Of a stretch of DNA of 43,363 bases, positions 1-12,300 are shown piece by piece. Within the stretch, counting starts at the first letter, position 1; each line of letters begins with the position of its first letter. The stretch comes from Macrostomum lignano. Lineage: Eukaryota. The stretch spans positions 1 through 43,363 of the forward strand of contig NIVC01002909.1 of assembly GCA_002269645.1 (NCBI GenBank), written 5' to 3'. Made by a program: the position numbers and the translations under genes. The notes under the pieces are model-generated. The model was not told the DNA's origin. It saw nothing but the letters and a program-made list of their open reading frames with translations, and searched no databases.

Positions 1-181
1 AAGAGCGGGATGAGCCGTGCGTCAGAATAACGAATAAGCTTCGGAGTGTGCTACTCACTATAAGTAGCATAGAGCAGCATAATTTGTTACCGTCAAATGA
101 AGTGCCGGATTTTCGGCACCCGTTCGTTCGTTTCGTTACAGGTTTCATAGAATTTCCGACCTATGACATCGGACATACCGA

Positions 182-254
182 CCTAACCCTAACCCTAACC
201 CTAACCCTAACCCTAACCCTAACCCTAACCCTAGCCCTAACCCTACCCGTAACC
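182..254. repeat. Interstitial telomere-like (CCCTAA)n tract, ~10 units plus degenerate tail, intronic
   Basis: Direct read cctaaccctaaccc...ctagccctaaccctacccgtaacc; one CCCTAG variant. Confidence 0.9.
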
Positions 255-382
255 TTTTGGCAGTCGAATTTCTGGAAGTCAAATGACATCCTAAGAAGTC
301 TACGTTTTCTCTAAGAATAACTGGGCTTGAATATGAACGTAAACACATCTCGTACTAGCATGATGACTAACTGCAGACTCAC

Positions 383-3300
383 TTCTTCTTTCCACTTGTG
401 CACCAGAAATGAGACCTGTGTCATCAGTGTCTCGAGCTTCAGCTCTTCTTGGTTGTCCTCGGCCGCCTCCAGCGTTATGGACTTGTTCAGCGGAAAGAAG
501 TCCAGCTTTTCTTTTTCGTACTAGAATAGATTAGGGTGAGGGTTAGTGAGTTATTTTACGTTTTGTTTATATGAACCTCATCTTTGACGATTATGAAGAT
601 CACACGCCCGTTCAAATTTAGGAATCTGTTACAGCAAACGTAGTTCTCCCTTGCTTCAGAAAACTGTTCAGTTGGTAAACAATAAAATGTGCCGAACTCA
701 CTAGTCGAGATACATAGAGCTCAATGGCAGTGTAGTCATTCTCTCGGGTCTCCTCCAGGTAGAGCATAAAGAACAGGTAGGCCCACTGGTTGTGCTCTTC
801 TTTCACGTGCTTCTCGAATCCCTAAAAGCAAGTTGAGCTCATTTTTATAGAAAGCTGGGCAGCTAAAGCTTGTGTGCTCAAGACTTAAAATTGTTTTTTT
901 TTGTAAAGCCGTGATCCGGAGCCAGTCAAAACAGTGACTCACTTCTCCATGATGCTCAAAATCGTAGGCATTCCTGGAGCAGATGAAGCACACGGATGTC
1001 ATGTCCTGGTCGATCTGCCATTTGGAGTCTCTCAGCTCGCTGAAGGTGTCCACGATGATGCCGAAGATGATGTTCAGTCCGATGGTGGTGATAATGATGA
1101 AGAAGGAGATGTCGAATACCGATTTTGCCAGGTGATAATTGAACGGTCTGTTTTCGGGAACCGGTAGATACTGAAACGGTTTCGCCATTCGACTTTTACG
1201 ATTTCAATAATCATGATGGTTGCTACTTCGAAGCATTACACATTTGGTAGCTTTAGTCGATAGTGACTAGGGGCCTCACACGTCAGTGCTGCATGCAAAA
1301 TGCACAAATAAAAAGCAGTGAAAACTTAAGTGTCGTGCGCAGTAGCATTAGACTCAGAGTAGGAAGTTACGGACTATTAAGGTGGCAAACCGGTACGAAT
1401 TATGGGTTACAATAGGAAATTGACTAAGGTAGACAACACGATATCAAGGAAGTAGCTGGAAACATTCATCGATTACTTACATCGCCCTCCTGGGATAAAG
1501 TTCAGACGGGTTTTTTACTTTATTTAATTATTCACAGTGAAAATTTACAGGCAAACAAAGAGCATCAAACAAGAATTTCGAGTTCTTAACCAATGCTTAC
1601 GTCGTAGATTCCGGCGATGAGGCCCCTGTGGATCACGGTGACTGTGCACTGGTACATGGTCTCACAGAAGTTGCCAGTTGAGGAGTCATAAATTTCTCGG
1701 TAGAAAGCGAAACTGAGCAGCGCGTAGATGTAGAAGAAAGCCAAGGAGTAGATGAGTACCCATAATAGTGATAAGCCTGCAATGCCAGTACAAGTATTAT
1801 TTAGAGTACTAGTTGTCAGCAATCCACCGCTCTTCAAGCTGATAGAAATTTATGAGTCTACCATAATATCCGTTCACGAATCTGAAGCAAATATATCCTT
1901 ACCGTTCTTGGTAACAGCCTGGATAACCCTAGCCAGCAGCTGGTTGTGGTTGGCAATGTGCAGCAGATGGAAGGCAAAGAAGTAGCCATAGAAGACGGTA
2001 CCCAGCACTGACATCAGCAGGAAGGCGATGTAGTAAAACGTGCTAAAGCTGAACACGGAGGCTTGAAGCTTCCCTTCGGCGTTGTCCTCGTCTTCTGTGG
2101 CCGTCTTGGAGCCAATTCCGATCAGCTTCCTGAGTAAAAGAGTTAGAAATCTGAAGTTTTACCCTACGTTAGAAGATAGGTAGAAAAGTATGAAATGCCC
2201 AGGCGCAGTGAAGGGCGAGGCAGAAGAGCACAATGGAACCCCCTAGATAGCTATTAGAAGGCGAACAAAAGCAGCAACAAAAGTCAATTCAGATATGAAT
2301 GACCGAATCTAATAAAGCCTCTTTCCATTCCAGTGAGTAGCAACACCCCGCCGCAGGCACAATGGCGCTCAAACCGGCTGGGAGAAGCAAACCGAGGAGA
2401 GGCCCGACTTAGGATGACGTCAAAAAGAGCAATCGGCCAGTGGCACGCGTCAGAACCTGGCAAACTTCAGAGGAGAGTCGCACGGCCCGCCCACGGACTT
2501 CTATCCAACCCGAAGCTGCCCAAGAAGTCGAGATCAACCCCAAGTAGTTTGACAACCGAGAGAGAGAGAGAGAGGACTGTGTGATCATCTATGGACAGAG
2601 TTAAGAGAGCTCTCTTAGACTAAGCTCTTTTTCTGTGATCTTTCTATCCCAAAATTTATCCAACTCAACGCATGGATTTGCAAAACCCCGAATAATCTCT
2701 AACCCACACACTTAGCAACCTACTAGAACTAACTAAATTCGTGTACAACTAGGGGACTGAGTCCCAGATTTTTATTGTTTAAACCCCCCGCCGTTGCTAA
2801 CCACGCGAAGACACCCCACCGGCGGCGGGATAGGTAAAAAATGCCAATCTGTATAAAATAGACGCCCATCTCAAACTGGAGCGGCGCTTCTTCCTGACGC
2901 AGTTTTCAGATCTCAACTGGCTCAAATCCAAGACTTAAAAACCAATTATTTGCCTTAAAAGTTACGCAGAGCGAAATACTCGTGAGATTCAAATTCAGCC
3001 TAGATACTAGGAGATCCCGTCAGTTTATACGATTTTCTCTGACGGTCTGATAGAAGAAAGAGCTGTAAGAACCTTAGGCCGCTAGACCTATATTATAGAA
3101 AGTGAGAATACCAAACAATAAACCCCCAGAGAAAACCCGTATACTGAGTGTGGTGATTCCAGTGCAGGTTAATCAATATGAAAGCGAATTCGATTGATAG
3201 AGCAGAAACTTATTTAAATATAACTTTTGGTTTCTTCAGACACAAGGCTGGGAATTTTTTTAAATAATGCACGCTTATAGCGGTAACTTACGACCAAAAG

Positions 3301-6300
3301 GTACGAATTTGTTGCATAGACGGAAAATATGGATGATTGCTGAGGAAGAAACTGATCAGAATGAACAGGCTGAGTATATTGTGCACGATTCCAAGAGCAT
3401 AGGTCGCATAAACGGCTCCATCTGCTCGAACTGGCACAGGATCCGTGATATTTTCAGGCGTGTCCCAGCTGCTCAGCACCACAATGCTGATAGCCAGGCT
3501 CAGGATGATGCACAGGATGTTAAACGCCTTCCAGCCGTGCACGAAGAAGGAGCCGAGAGGGTTGCTGAGGATTCGCTTCTGCCACTTGATGTCCTTGATG
3601 ATCTCGCGAAGCCAGTCGGAGAAGTCGCGCAGCTTATTAGTTGGAGAGGATCTGTTTAAGTTAAATAAAGTTGTGATCGCTTATGTTGGGTCTTTCTCCC
3701 GTTAAGAAACTCCGTCAAATTATAGCGAGTTCATCAAAAATCTTATTCCGTAATAGGACTAGGAATTCGTATATCTTCTCTAGGGGCATGTTGGTGACAG
3801 AAATCTCAGTTTGGGGCAAGTATTAGAGCTTGTTAGGGATTATTTTTAGTTCTACGAGTATACTTCGGAAGACGCATTATTAAGAAGTCAAGAGAAGTTA
3901 GATTAAAAACTTAGGAAACTTTACCTGTCCACATCGTACTTAAAGCGATCCTTCACTTCCTCTCTCAGCACCTTCTTATCTTTGACGCGGAAGTAGACTT
4001 TCTGGAGATTATTGTCCTTAAGGATCTCAATGGACATTGTGTTTGATTGGTAGAAATCCCAGATGAGTCGCTGCTCGTCAGCGTCAGCATCTTTCTCGAC
4101 CATTGCCTCGAAGTTAACGGTCTTCATATGATCGAGATCTTGGAAACGCAGGAAGATGTGAAAGTACTTGAATCCCACAGCTATAATCGACTCCCGCGTG
4201 TCTCTGTCCAGCGCGGCGTCCAGATGTCGCCTATAGCAGTCGACAAAGACATTCAGAATGCTGTCGGCATCGATTGTGTCTTTGACTTCATCGGCAACCC
4301 CCGCGATGGCTTTCAGCCTCTTCTCCAAATGCGAGATTCCCGCGGCGCCGACAACCGCCTGCTCAGAGGCGTCGCGCTCAGCGTCACGTTTAACATTCTC
4401 TTCGATCATGGCCACGATGAGGTTCGCAATGGATCTCTTCAAATCCATTTCCTCTTGCAGACCGCACTTTGAATAGGATTGCTTAGACCGTAGCAAGTAG
4501 TTAATGTAGTCACAAACCTTGTTGTCGTAGCACACGGCCTGATTGCTGAGGTTTCCAGAGGCAAACTCGACCAGCGAGTCAAATATTTGAATTATTAGCG
4601 ATATACTTGACTTGTTGATGGCTGTGTAGGTGAGACCGAGGAAACGTGAAGTCTCCGCCACCAGGTTGATAGACTTGATGTTGTCCGGCTGCTCTCTCAG
4701 GTAGTCCTGCAGCTTAGTGTTCTGCCCGTCGCATACATAAGCGAGCACGCGGAGCACCAGCTCAATGTAGCCGTCGTCCTTCATCTGCATATTCTCATCC
4801 TCCATTACAATCCGCGTCGCCAGTTCCTCAATGTCACCCTCGTCAATGTTTGAAGTGGCCGCGTCGGCTGGCGCCACCCGGTTGCCTGTGGCGTGGCTCG
4901 GTGCCTCTTGGCCCATGTTTTGCATCTCCGTCGCGTCACCTCTGATCAGCTGACGAGTTGAGTCCGTGGAGCCTGGGCCTCGACTATCGCCAGTAAAACC
5001 GTGGTTGCGAATACCGCCTCCGCCGACGTCATGCAGGTTGCTGCGAGATGCTCGAAGTTGAGCCGTTGATCCTTGATTTCGAGTCTGCCGCCGCCGCATT
5101 TCCGCAGTGCTGCCAAGTGCGTAGCTCCGGCTGCCCCGCATTCGAGCCCCGCTGCCAGTGATGCTGCCCTTGCTTGATTTCAGATTGAGCAGCATCGAGC
5201 CCATCTTGCTGCCCTGGAGCGCCTCTGCTGAGATCCGGCCCTCCTTCATTGCCTGTTGAAGGTCTCGCAGCTCAGCGATGGCTTCCTCGATTTTCGCTTG
5301 ATGCTGATTGATGAGGGCTCGGCTGTGAGATTAAAGGATTGCTCAACAGAATAGTGCTTCGAACCTATCATAAAGGTAAGTAGAGGTGAGGGATAAAACA
5401 AAATACATTGCTCTCACTTCTCTTTCCAGGCCATGGAGGACATGCTGATCCGGTTCTTCACTGCCACGAAGAACTTCTCCTCGCGAGTGCCGTAGAAATA
5501 GTCCAGCAGGCTGCCCTGGACCTCTTCATTGCCGTTGAACAGCATGTTGGCGAGGAAGCTGAGCACCTCGCGCACGATCTCGTCCGACTGCTTGGATAAG
5601 TGCGGCAGCACTTTCAGCATGGCGTCGTGCTTGTTTAGCGCCATCTGCACCTGAGCGATCGCTGCGATTCGTCTGGAAGTCAGCGCGATTTTTATCGATT
5701 TAACTGCGCAGCAATCGATTTTCAAAATTAGGCTCAACGAACATTAGTGAGCGACGAATCAAGGCGGCCCACTTAATCACAATTAGATGTTGAGTATCAA
5801 CAAACTGACAAATAAAAAAGGAAGGTACGACCAATCTCAAAGTTCAGATCTGGAAGTGTTTTCCAGAGTTAATAGATAGCAGCCAGAATATAAGTCCAGA
5901 ATGACTCAGAAAAATGTATTTAATTTCAACGACAGCCTTTTACCAATCAGCACAATCCTTTTACCATAATCAGCACAATCCTTTTACCACAATCAGCATG
6001 TCGTCAATTTGAGTAAATTTCATACCAGAACTACCGGTAAAAGACCCTGGCCACTCATTGATGAACAAAATTGAACTGCTCGAATGCCTTGATTGCTGCC
6101 TTGAAATGCGTTAATCGCCATCTGCTATCTGAATTATGATTAATCCACAAATTTTTAAAACACATTTCGGTGTTAATTAAAATCACGCGATATATAATTA
6201 TGTATAATAAAGCTTCGCTTCTACAAGCGTACAATCATTAAATAGAAACTTTTTTATCAGATAGTATTTAAAAGGTTACCAGAGTAACTTCAAGACACAT

Positions 6301-9300
6301 TTAATGCTACCAGTGTTGATGCATTCCACGATAAATGTCGGTACGAATGCACCTTTACCTGTAATATAGTTTCTTTCCTCGACCAGCCATTCTGAAAGAC
6401 CAGCGGCTTGCTAATGCAGTGCAGTGCACTAATAGGCTCAGATAGAAGTGAACATGGAAGGCTATTTTTTGCAACGACATTTAAAGCTCATGTGAGACTC
6501 CCAGAAGAGAAAAAGCAGACGAAAAAGGCACTTACTCTTTGAAGTCGACGGTGTCAAAGTTGGTCGGCAGCTTGACAATCTCGTTGTGTATGATGGCCCG
6601 CAGCAGTTGAAGACACTTCACGTCAAGGATCTCCTGCTCAATGCGCTCCTTCTCATTGCTCAGCTCCATCTGGTTGGAGATGCTGTCAATGATGACAGTT
6701 TCCAAGTGGCTATATGTAGACACGTGCGTCAAGCATATAAGCTCAAAACAAAGCATATCTTTTACTCACAAAAGCTGTTCCACGAGCTTCCCAGTAAGTT
6801 TGTACTTTTGTGGGTCCGAGATCGGCCGATTGGCATCGATGAAGCAGGCCGCGTGGTCCTGGAACTCCTTGCCGAGAGGGAGCTCTTCGTCGCTGCCAAT
6901 TCCAGTGTATTCTAACGTGGTTTGGATTGGTTTTGGAGTTTGGATTTCGAACTGTCATAGCGTGAAGCATTGCACTAGGAATTAAAAGAGTCCATCATAT
7001 ATTCCTAGCTTATTTGATCGGTTTACTTGCAAACTTGATAAGAACTTATTGAATCAAAAATGTTTCCACATTCTGGTAGACTTTCATCGAGCATAATGTA
7101 CTACTATAATCTTCCGGCAACACTACAAGGGCGGGATGGCAGGTAGAAAACTAAAGGAAAATGACTAAGGGTAAAAACGCCTAGGTTAAATACTTCTGTC
7201 TTCAAGAAGCGCATCAACTTCTTAAACGAACCCTGGTCGCTGGGAAAGCCGATCTGGTCTTTGACGGTGTTCTCGCCTCCGTAAGAGATGCTGTAGTTGG
7301 TTGCAAACACGTTTAGCTGCACGTTCAGCTCCTCCTCGGATGAGTAGTACTCTTCGTATCGCTGAAGTTGTATTACGAGTATATTAAATATTTCTTTTTC
7401 TCAAATTTTCAGTTCATAATGCCTTTTCAAAAATACAATCTGCTTCCTTAAGCACCTTTCGAGCCTCGCTTCTGACGTCCCAGTTGATTTGGACGCCTCC
7501 TCCGTATTTTCCGCGAAATTCTTCAATAGCCTGTCAGAGTTTGATCGGAGAAAGGAAAGGCCATTAATGTTTTAGAAAGCCATTCGGAAATTCAAAAGGC
7601 ATTTCATCGAATCGTTTGATGAGTTTCATTTTTTCGCTTTGTCAGATGCTTTGTCAGATGTCAGAATCAAGTGAATTTTATATTACGAAGGCGCACAATG
7701 CACAAGTCTTACTGTACGAGGGTACAATTTCGGTCATAAATCAGAGAAAACTACTGCACATTGGCGCCTTTCATCTTAAGTATTATCCAAAAATCAATAT
7801 TAGCATTTTTGATGGCTGAGTCCTTTTAGAGCATAGATTACAAGCTCGGTCGGACTTATATCAATAATCAATAATGCAATTTCCGTAGCGCTATAATGCT
7901 TAATTATTAATTTAATTTGTCCAGGAATCAGTGTTCGTGGTAACTAAGATTCAAGAAAGTATTGTAACTTCTGTCCCATTCAAACCTTTTCTTTCACCTT
8001 TAGACTGCTAATTTGCCTGTCCTGTAGGTGTTTGTTGAAAAACAATCAACACTGTGTATGAAATATGTTTTGCTTTTTTGTTTTCAAACAACCAGTTTCA
8101 GCGCTACTCACTTTAGCAGGCAGGGTGCAAACTGTGAGCAGGCTGGTTGCACTGCTCAGCAGGTACTTTACGTACTTTTCCTCCGAGATTAGTGGCATTG
8201 CTGCTTCGATGAAGTTCTGCGTAAACGGGACAGCAGGCCAGTAAATTAGCAGAATCTTTTGTATCATGGGTAAAAAAACAGATTCTACCATCAAAGGACA
8301 TCTTTTTCTCTTACGATGAGAATCTTGGCGAGTTTGTTAATCTCTTCTATTTCGTTCGGGTGATCCTCCAAGTCCTTGATGTAAATGCTCTTGAAAAAGG
8401 CCTAGAAGAGAATTTTCAAGTGGTTATTTACTGAACAATCTTAAGGCAACCTGTGCGCGTAATTTTACTGTACGTACATTGACCACGGGGAGGGCTCCCT
8501 CGAACAGGTATTTCAGGGTGCCGTGAGCAGCCTCGTCTGTCATGTCCTGCTTCTCCTTGCTGGATGGGTCTTCCATCTCGCTGCAACGGGACGGTTCTCC
8601 TATTAACTTTCTGATTATCAAATTTTGCAGGCACAGCATCAATAAAACAGAAAGGGTATCATGTACTTTTTAGCATGAGTAAAAGTGCATTTTTCTATTT
8701 GACACATATCTACTAATTCTTAGATCAGGAAAATCGAAAATGGAAACGGGCTCAGTAACCCGAAGTGGCTCAGATTTCAGTGGCTCAGAGACTTCAGTTC
8801 CGATGAAAATACAAAAAAGTTAAGGTAAAACTGCAAAGCATGAGTCAGCTGAATCTCACTGCTCTGCATTAACCAAAAGTCCTACGAGTATCTTAAAGCT
8901 AGCAGAGAAGAGACAAACTCAGGGATGCTTGCGACAGGGACGAGCTATCTAAAGCAGATTAAAACCGAAAGCGGAACTACCACCCCACGGCACTCAAAGG
9001 TCAGAGGAGAGCGCATGCGGAGCAGATTTTCATATTACACTTGGGGCAGCGACTCCAGCCTGTGCTTGTGCGATCGCCTCCTCTTTGAGGAGTGCCTCTT
9101 GTGCCTGGAAAGCGGTATTGTCAGCAGATGCGGCTAATAATGTAAGCCCGCATAGGGAGAAAAATGAGTAATAATTTAGTAATAAATACTTGCACAAGCA
9201 TGCGTGAAAAAGGAATTATGATTGTGATTTTTGATCCGTTATTAGGAATGGCAATCGCGGCTATACGACTAATAATATTGATATTTCTGTATACACTCAT

Positions 9301-12300
9301 GCCGTTGGCAACAAAATTGATGCATGAATTTTTGGATATTACATTACATTTGAATCTTCACCGGCACAGGGTTCTGAGCCTCATAGTCGATCACTTGCAG
9401 ACTTGGCTGCTTCCTGCAAGGCAGTGCAACAGTGTCTGTGGACAGAACTGGAACAGCAAACTTGCTCAGGTATAAATGCCGCTGTGCTAAATAGCTACAG
9501 ATAGCTGGCTTGCTGACGTGGACGAACAACAGCTCAAGTTAACCCGAGCAGGCCATAGACTATTTTTACACCCCCGTAGCCAGCGATAGCCGGCGGATTA
9601 GCTTATACTCGTAGCAATAAACGATAAACATGAAAGCAAAAAACAAAGTGGAGTGGGGTGGATGGACGGGTGGGTGGGTAAAGTTTGAAGCTAAATGATC
9701 AAAGTCAAGTGCCAATTAATTAATTAAATCATCGATCAGCAACTTTATTTTGTGCAATAATTTCCAAGTGTCGGACAGTGTTTGTCATGGCTGCGGCTCA
9801 AATGCATTTTGATCCGGATACCGACTCCGAACTAGAGGAGGAGGAAGGCTGGCTAACAGCGGACAAGGGTAAAGATGAAGAGGAGGAGGACCTGCATCTC
9901 CAGCCAAATGAAGACGTCGGAGACTTGTCAACTGATGCTTGGGTGGCACGGGAAGCTGGGCAGGATCAACGGCCAGATGCAGACCCCGAGTTCTGGGGAA
10001 TGCCTGGTGTGGATCCTGACTTGCCGAGGCCAGAGACTGCTGATGACGATCCAGCTGCGTTTTTCAAGCTGTTTCTGACTGCTGACCTGCTGCAACAGTT
10101 CTGCGCTTGGACCAATGGCGCAAATTCGACGAGCTACAAGCATCGATGCCAAACCTGCCTCAAAGGTTCTCTGCGTGGAAAAACGTGACCGTGGACGAGA
10201 TGAAGAAAGTTTGTCGCCATGTTGCTTTACATGGGAATAGTTAAAAAGCCCGAGATCGCCAACTATTGGAGCAAAGATGATTTCTACGCAACACCTTTCT
10301 TCCAACAACTCGCTTGCCTGACAAGGGACAGGTACCAACAGATCAGTAGCCAGCTGCGCTTCTATGACTGCAACAACTTCGATGGAAACGACTTGCTAGC
10401 AAAGGCAAGACCATTTATTACGCGTGTAGCTGAGATTTGTCGCAGTGCATACATGCCAGAAAAGGAAATTAGTGTCGACGAAGAGCTTGTTCTGTTCAGG
10501 GGTCGCGTCATGTTTCGTCAATATATCCCATCCAAGAAAGCGCGATATGGCATCAAACTGTATTGTCTTTGCGAAGCTAGATCCGGTTACGTGAGCAATT
10601 TCTTAGTGCACTCTAGTAGAGCTGAGAATGAGCGATTCGGTCAAGGTCTCGGGTGTTGGGGCTGTCTCTGAGTGAGAAAGTCCTGGTGGAGGCAGTTGAT
10701 ACGTATTGGATTCACAACAGTGAAATGTTTTTTTCTAGAATCTGTCTTACTAGTGACAGAAGACAGTTGGTGCTCCGCAACAAAGAGACAGTCTGCTGTT
10801 CGTTTTTTATAGCTGTGACAACTGATAAACTCACTTCTTGAAGACGCGAATCTTCAGCAGCTGTCGAACAAGCTGCGGGCTCTCCACGGCGAGCTCCGCC
10901 ATGCGCCTCAGGTCCTCCCTCACCATGCCGAACAGCTGCCACATGTTGGCGTCGTGCGGCAGGTCTCCGGCTCCGCTCTCGATGATCCCGCCGGCCGTGT
11001 TGAGGTAGACCCACAGCAGGAAGCGCGCGAATGGCCGCTTGTTGTGGTTCGGGATGGCGGGGTCCGTCAGAATCGCCAGCACGTCGCTCACCTTGTAGAT
11101 GGTCTGGTTGATGGACTCGATGAAGCGGTTCTCGCCCTCAGCACAGGTAGCCAGCAGGTCGACCAGAGCGATCATGTAGTCGGACTCCGGCGTGCGAGTT
11201 GGCGATCGCAGCAGACCCTGCTGGACCTCTTTGTCCTGGTCCAGGCACTCAGCCACGTCCGTTCGCTGCTGCATGAAGTACTTCATCACGTAGGCCTGGT
11301 TGCGCTTGAGCGGCAAGTCCAGCTCCTCCACCTTCACCAGAGCGTTGAGCATGTCCAGGAACTCTGGGGCTCTCGGCCCATGCTGAGCAATCAGTGACAT
11401 AGTTCTGGCAATGTGATGCGGCAGAACTTTCATGCAGGTGTTCTTGTTTCCAGTGAACACCTCAGCGAGAGCCAGGGCCAGCTCGGACTCGGCGCCAACG
11501 CAGCTCAGCAGGGCGTCCAGGCGATCGAACAGGTGGTTTTGTACGACCGCGTTTCCTCTGGCCATGAGGCGCAGCAGACTGAAGCACTTGGCGAACACTT
11601 TGCGAAGTCCGCTGTACTCGTCCTGAAGCGAATTCGCAATAACTTAAGCATTTTGTACGTAGCACTGCGAAAATTCAGTTATTAAAGAAAGAGTAGGAAA
11701 AGTAGAGTTAAGTGAGCACAACAACGTCAGTTATTTAAACAACAAAAGTTAGACAATTAGTAAATCCGAGTGAAATTCTTTACGTATTTGGCTATCATGT
11801 AATGTTTTTAGACAACTACTAAATGCACTTCAAATGTGCCGTGCGAAAACATTTCATGTACAGTTTTTGGGTGTAATTTTCAGTAAAGAAACATTCTATC
11901 CTTAGCATTGTACAAAACAGGCTACAGGTACTCTGTAGTACTGTGCGATAAAGCAGGTGGTGAATCGAAAACTCAAGGAAGCAGCTTCAAATTTTTTCTG
12001 TGTGCATCAGATGCTCATCTACAAATGAGGAAAATATACCTTTTTCTTCTTTTGTTTTTTTGAATTGCGCGCGGTCTTGAAGAAGCAAATGGGTGGCAAA
12101 GAAGTGTTAACGATTTGGTAGAATTTGAACCGCTACGTATTTGAAGTTTATGTCTAGGAAATGGAACTGGCAAGACAGCTTGGCAAATAAAATGAGACAA
12201 AACGGCAATGTATTCATTGGTTTCAAGATTGAGAGGTAATTTGAGACAAAAACTTTTCCGGTTGGTGCAATGAAACGCTGAGAAAAGTGCGATGGACTGA

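Noticed and set aside
48-348. LTLTLT and GLGLGL ORFs, or a true telomere
   Set aside because: Short (CCCTAA)n tract with non-telomeric sequence on both sides
2330-3200. GC-rich intronic segment with GA run and cccgccg/cggcggg inverted pair
   Set aside because: Possibly a repeat-family fragment, but no termini, TSD or coding motif to support a call
8743-8802. Three GGCTCAG repeats resembling a transposon end
   Set aside because: No matching inverted partner or TSD found
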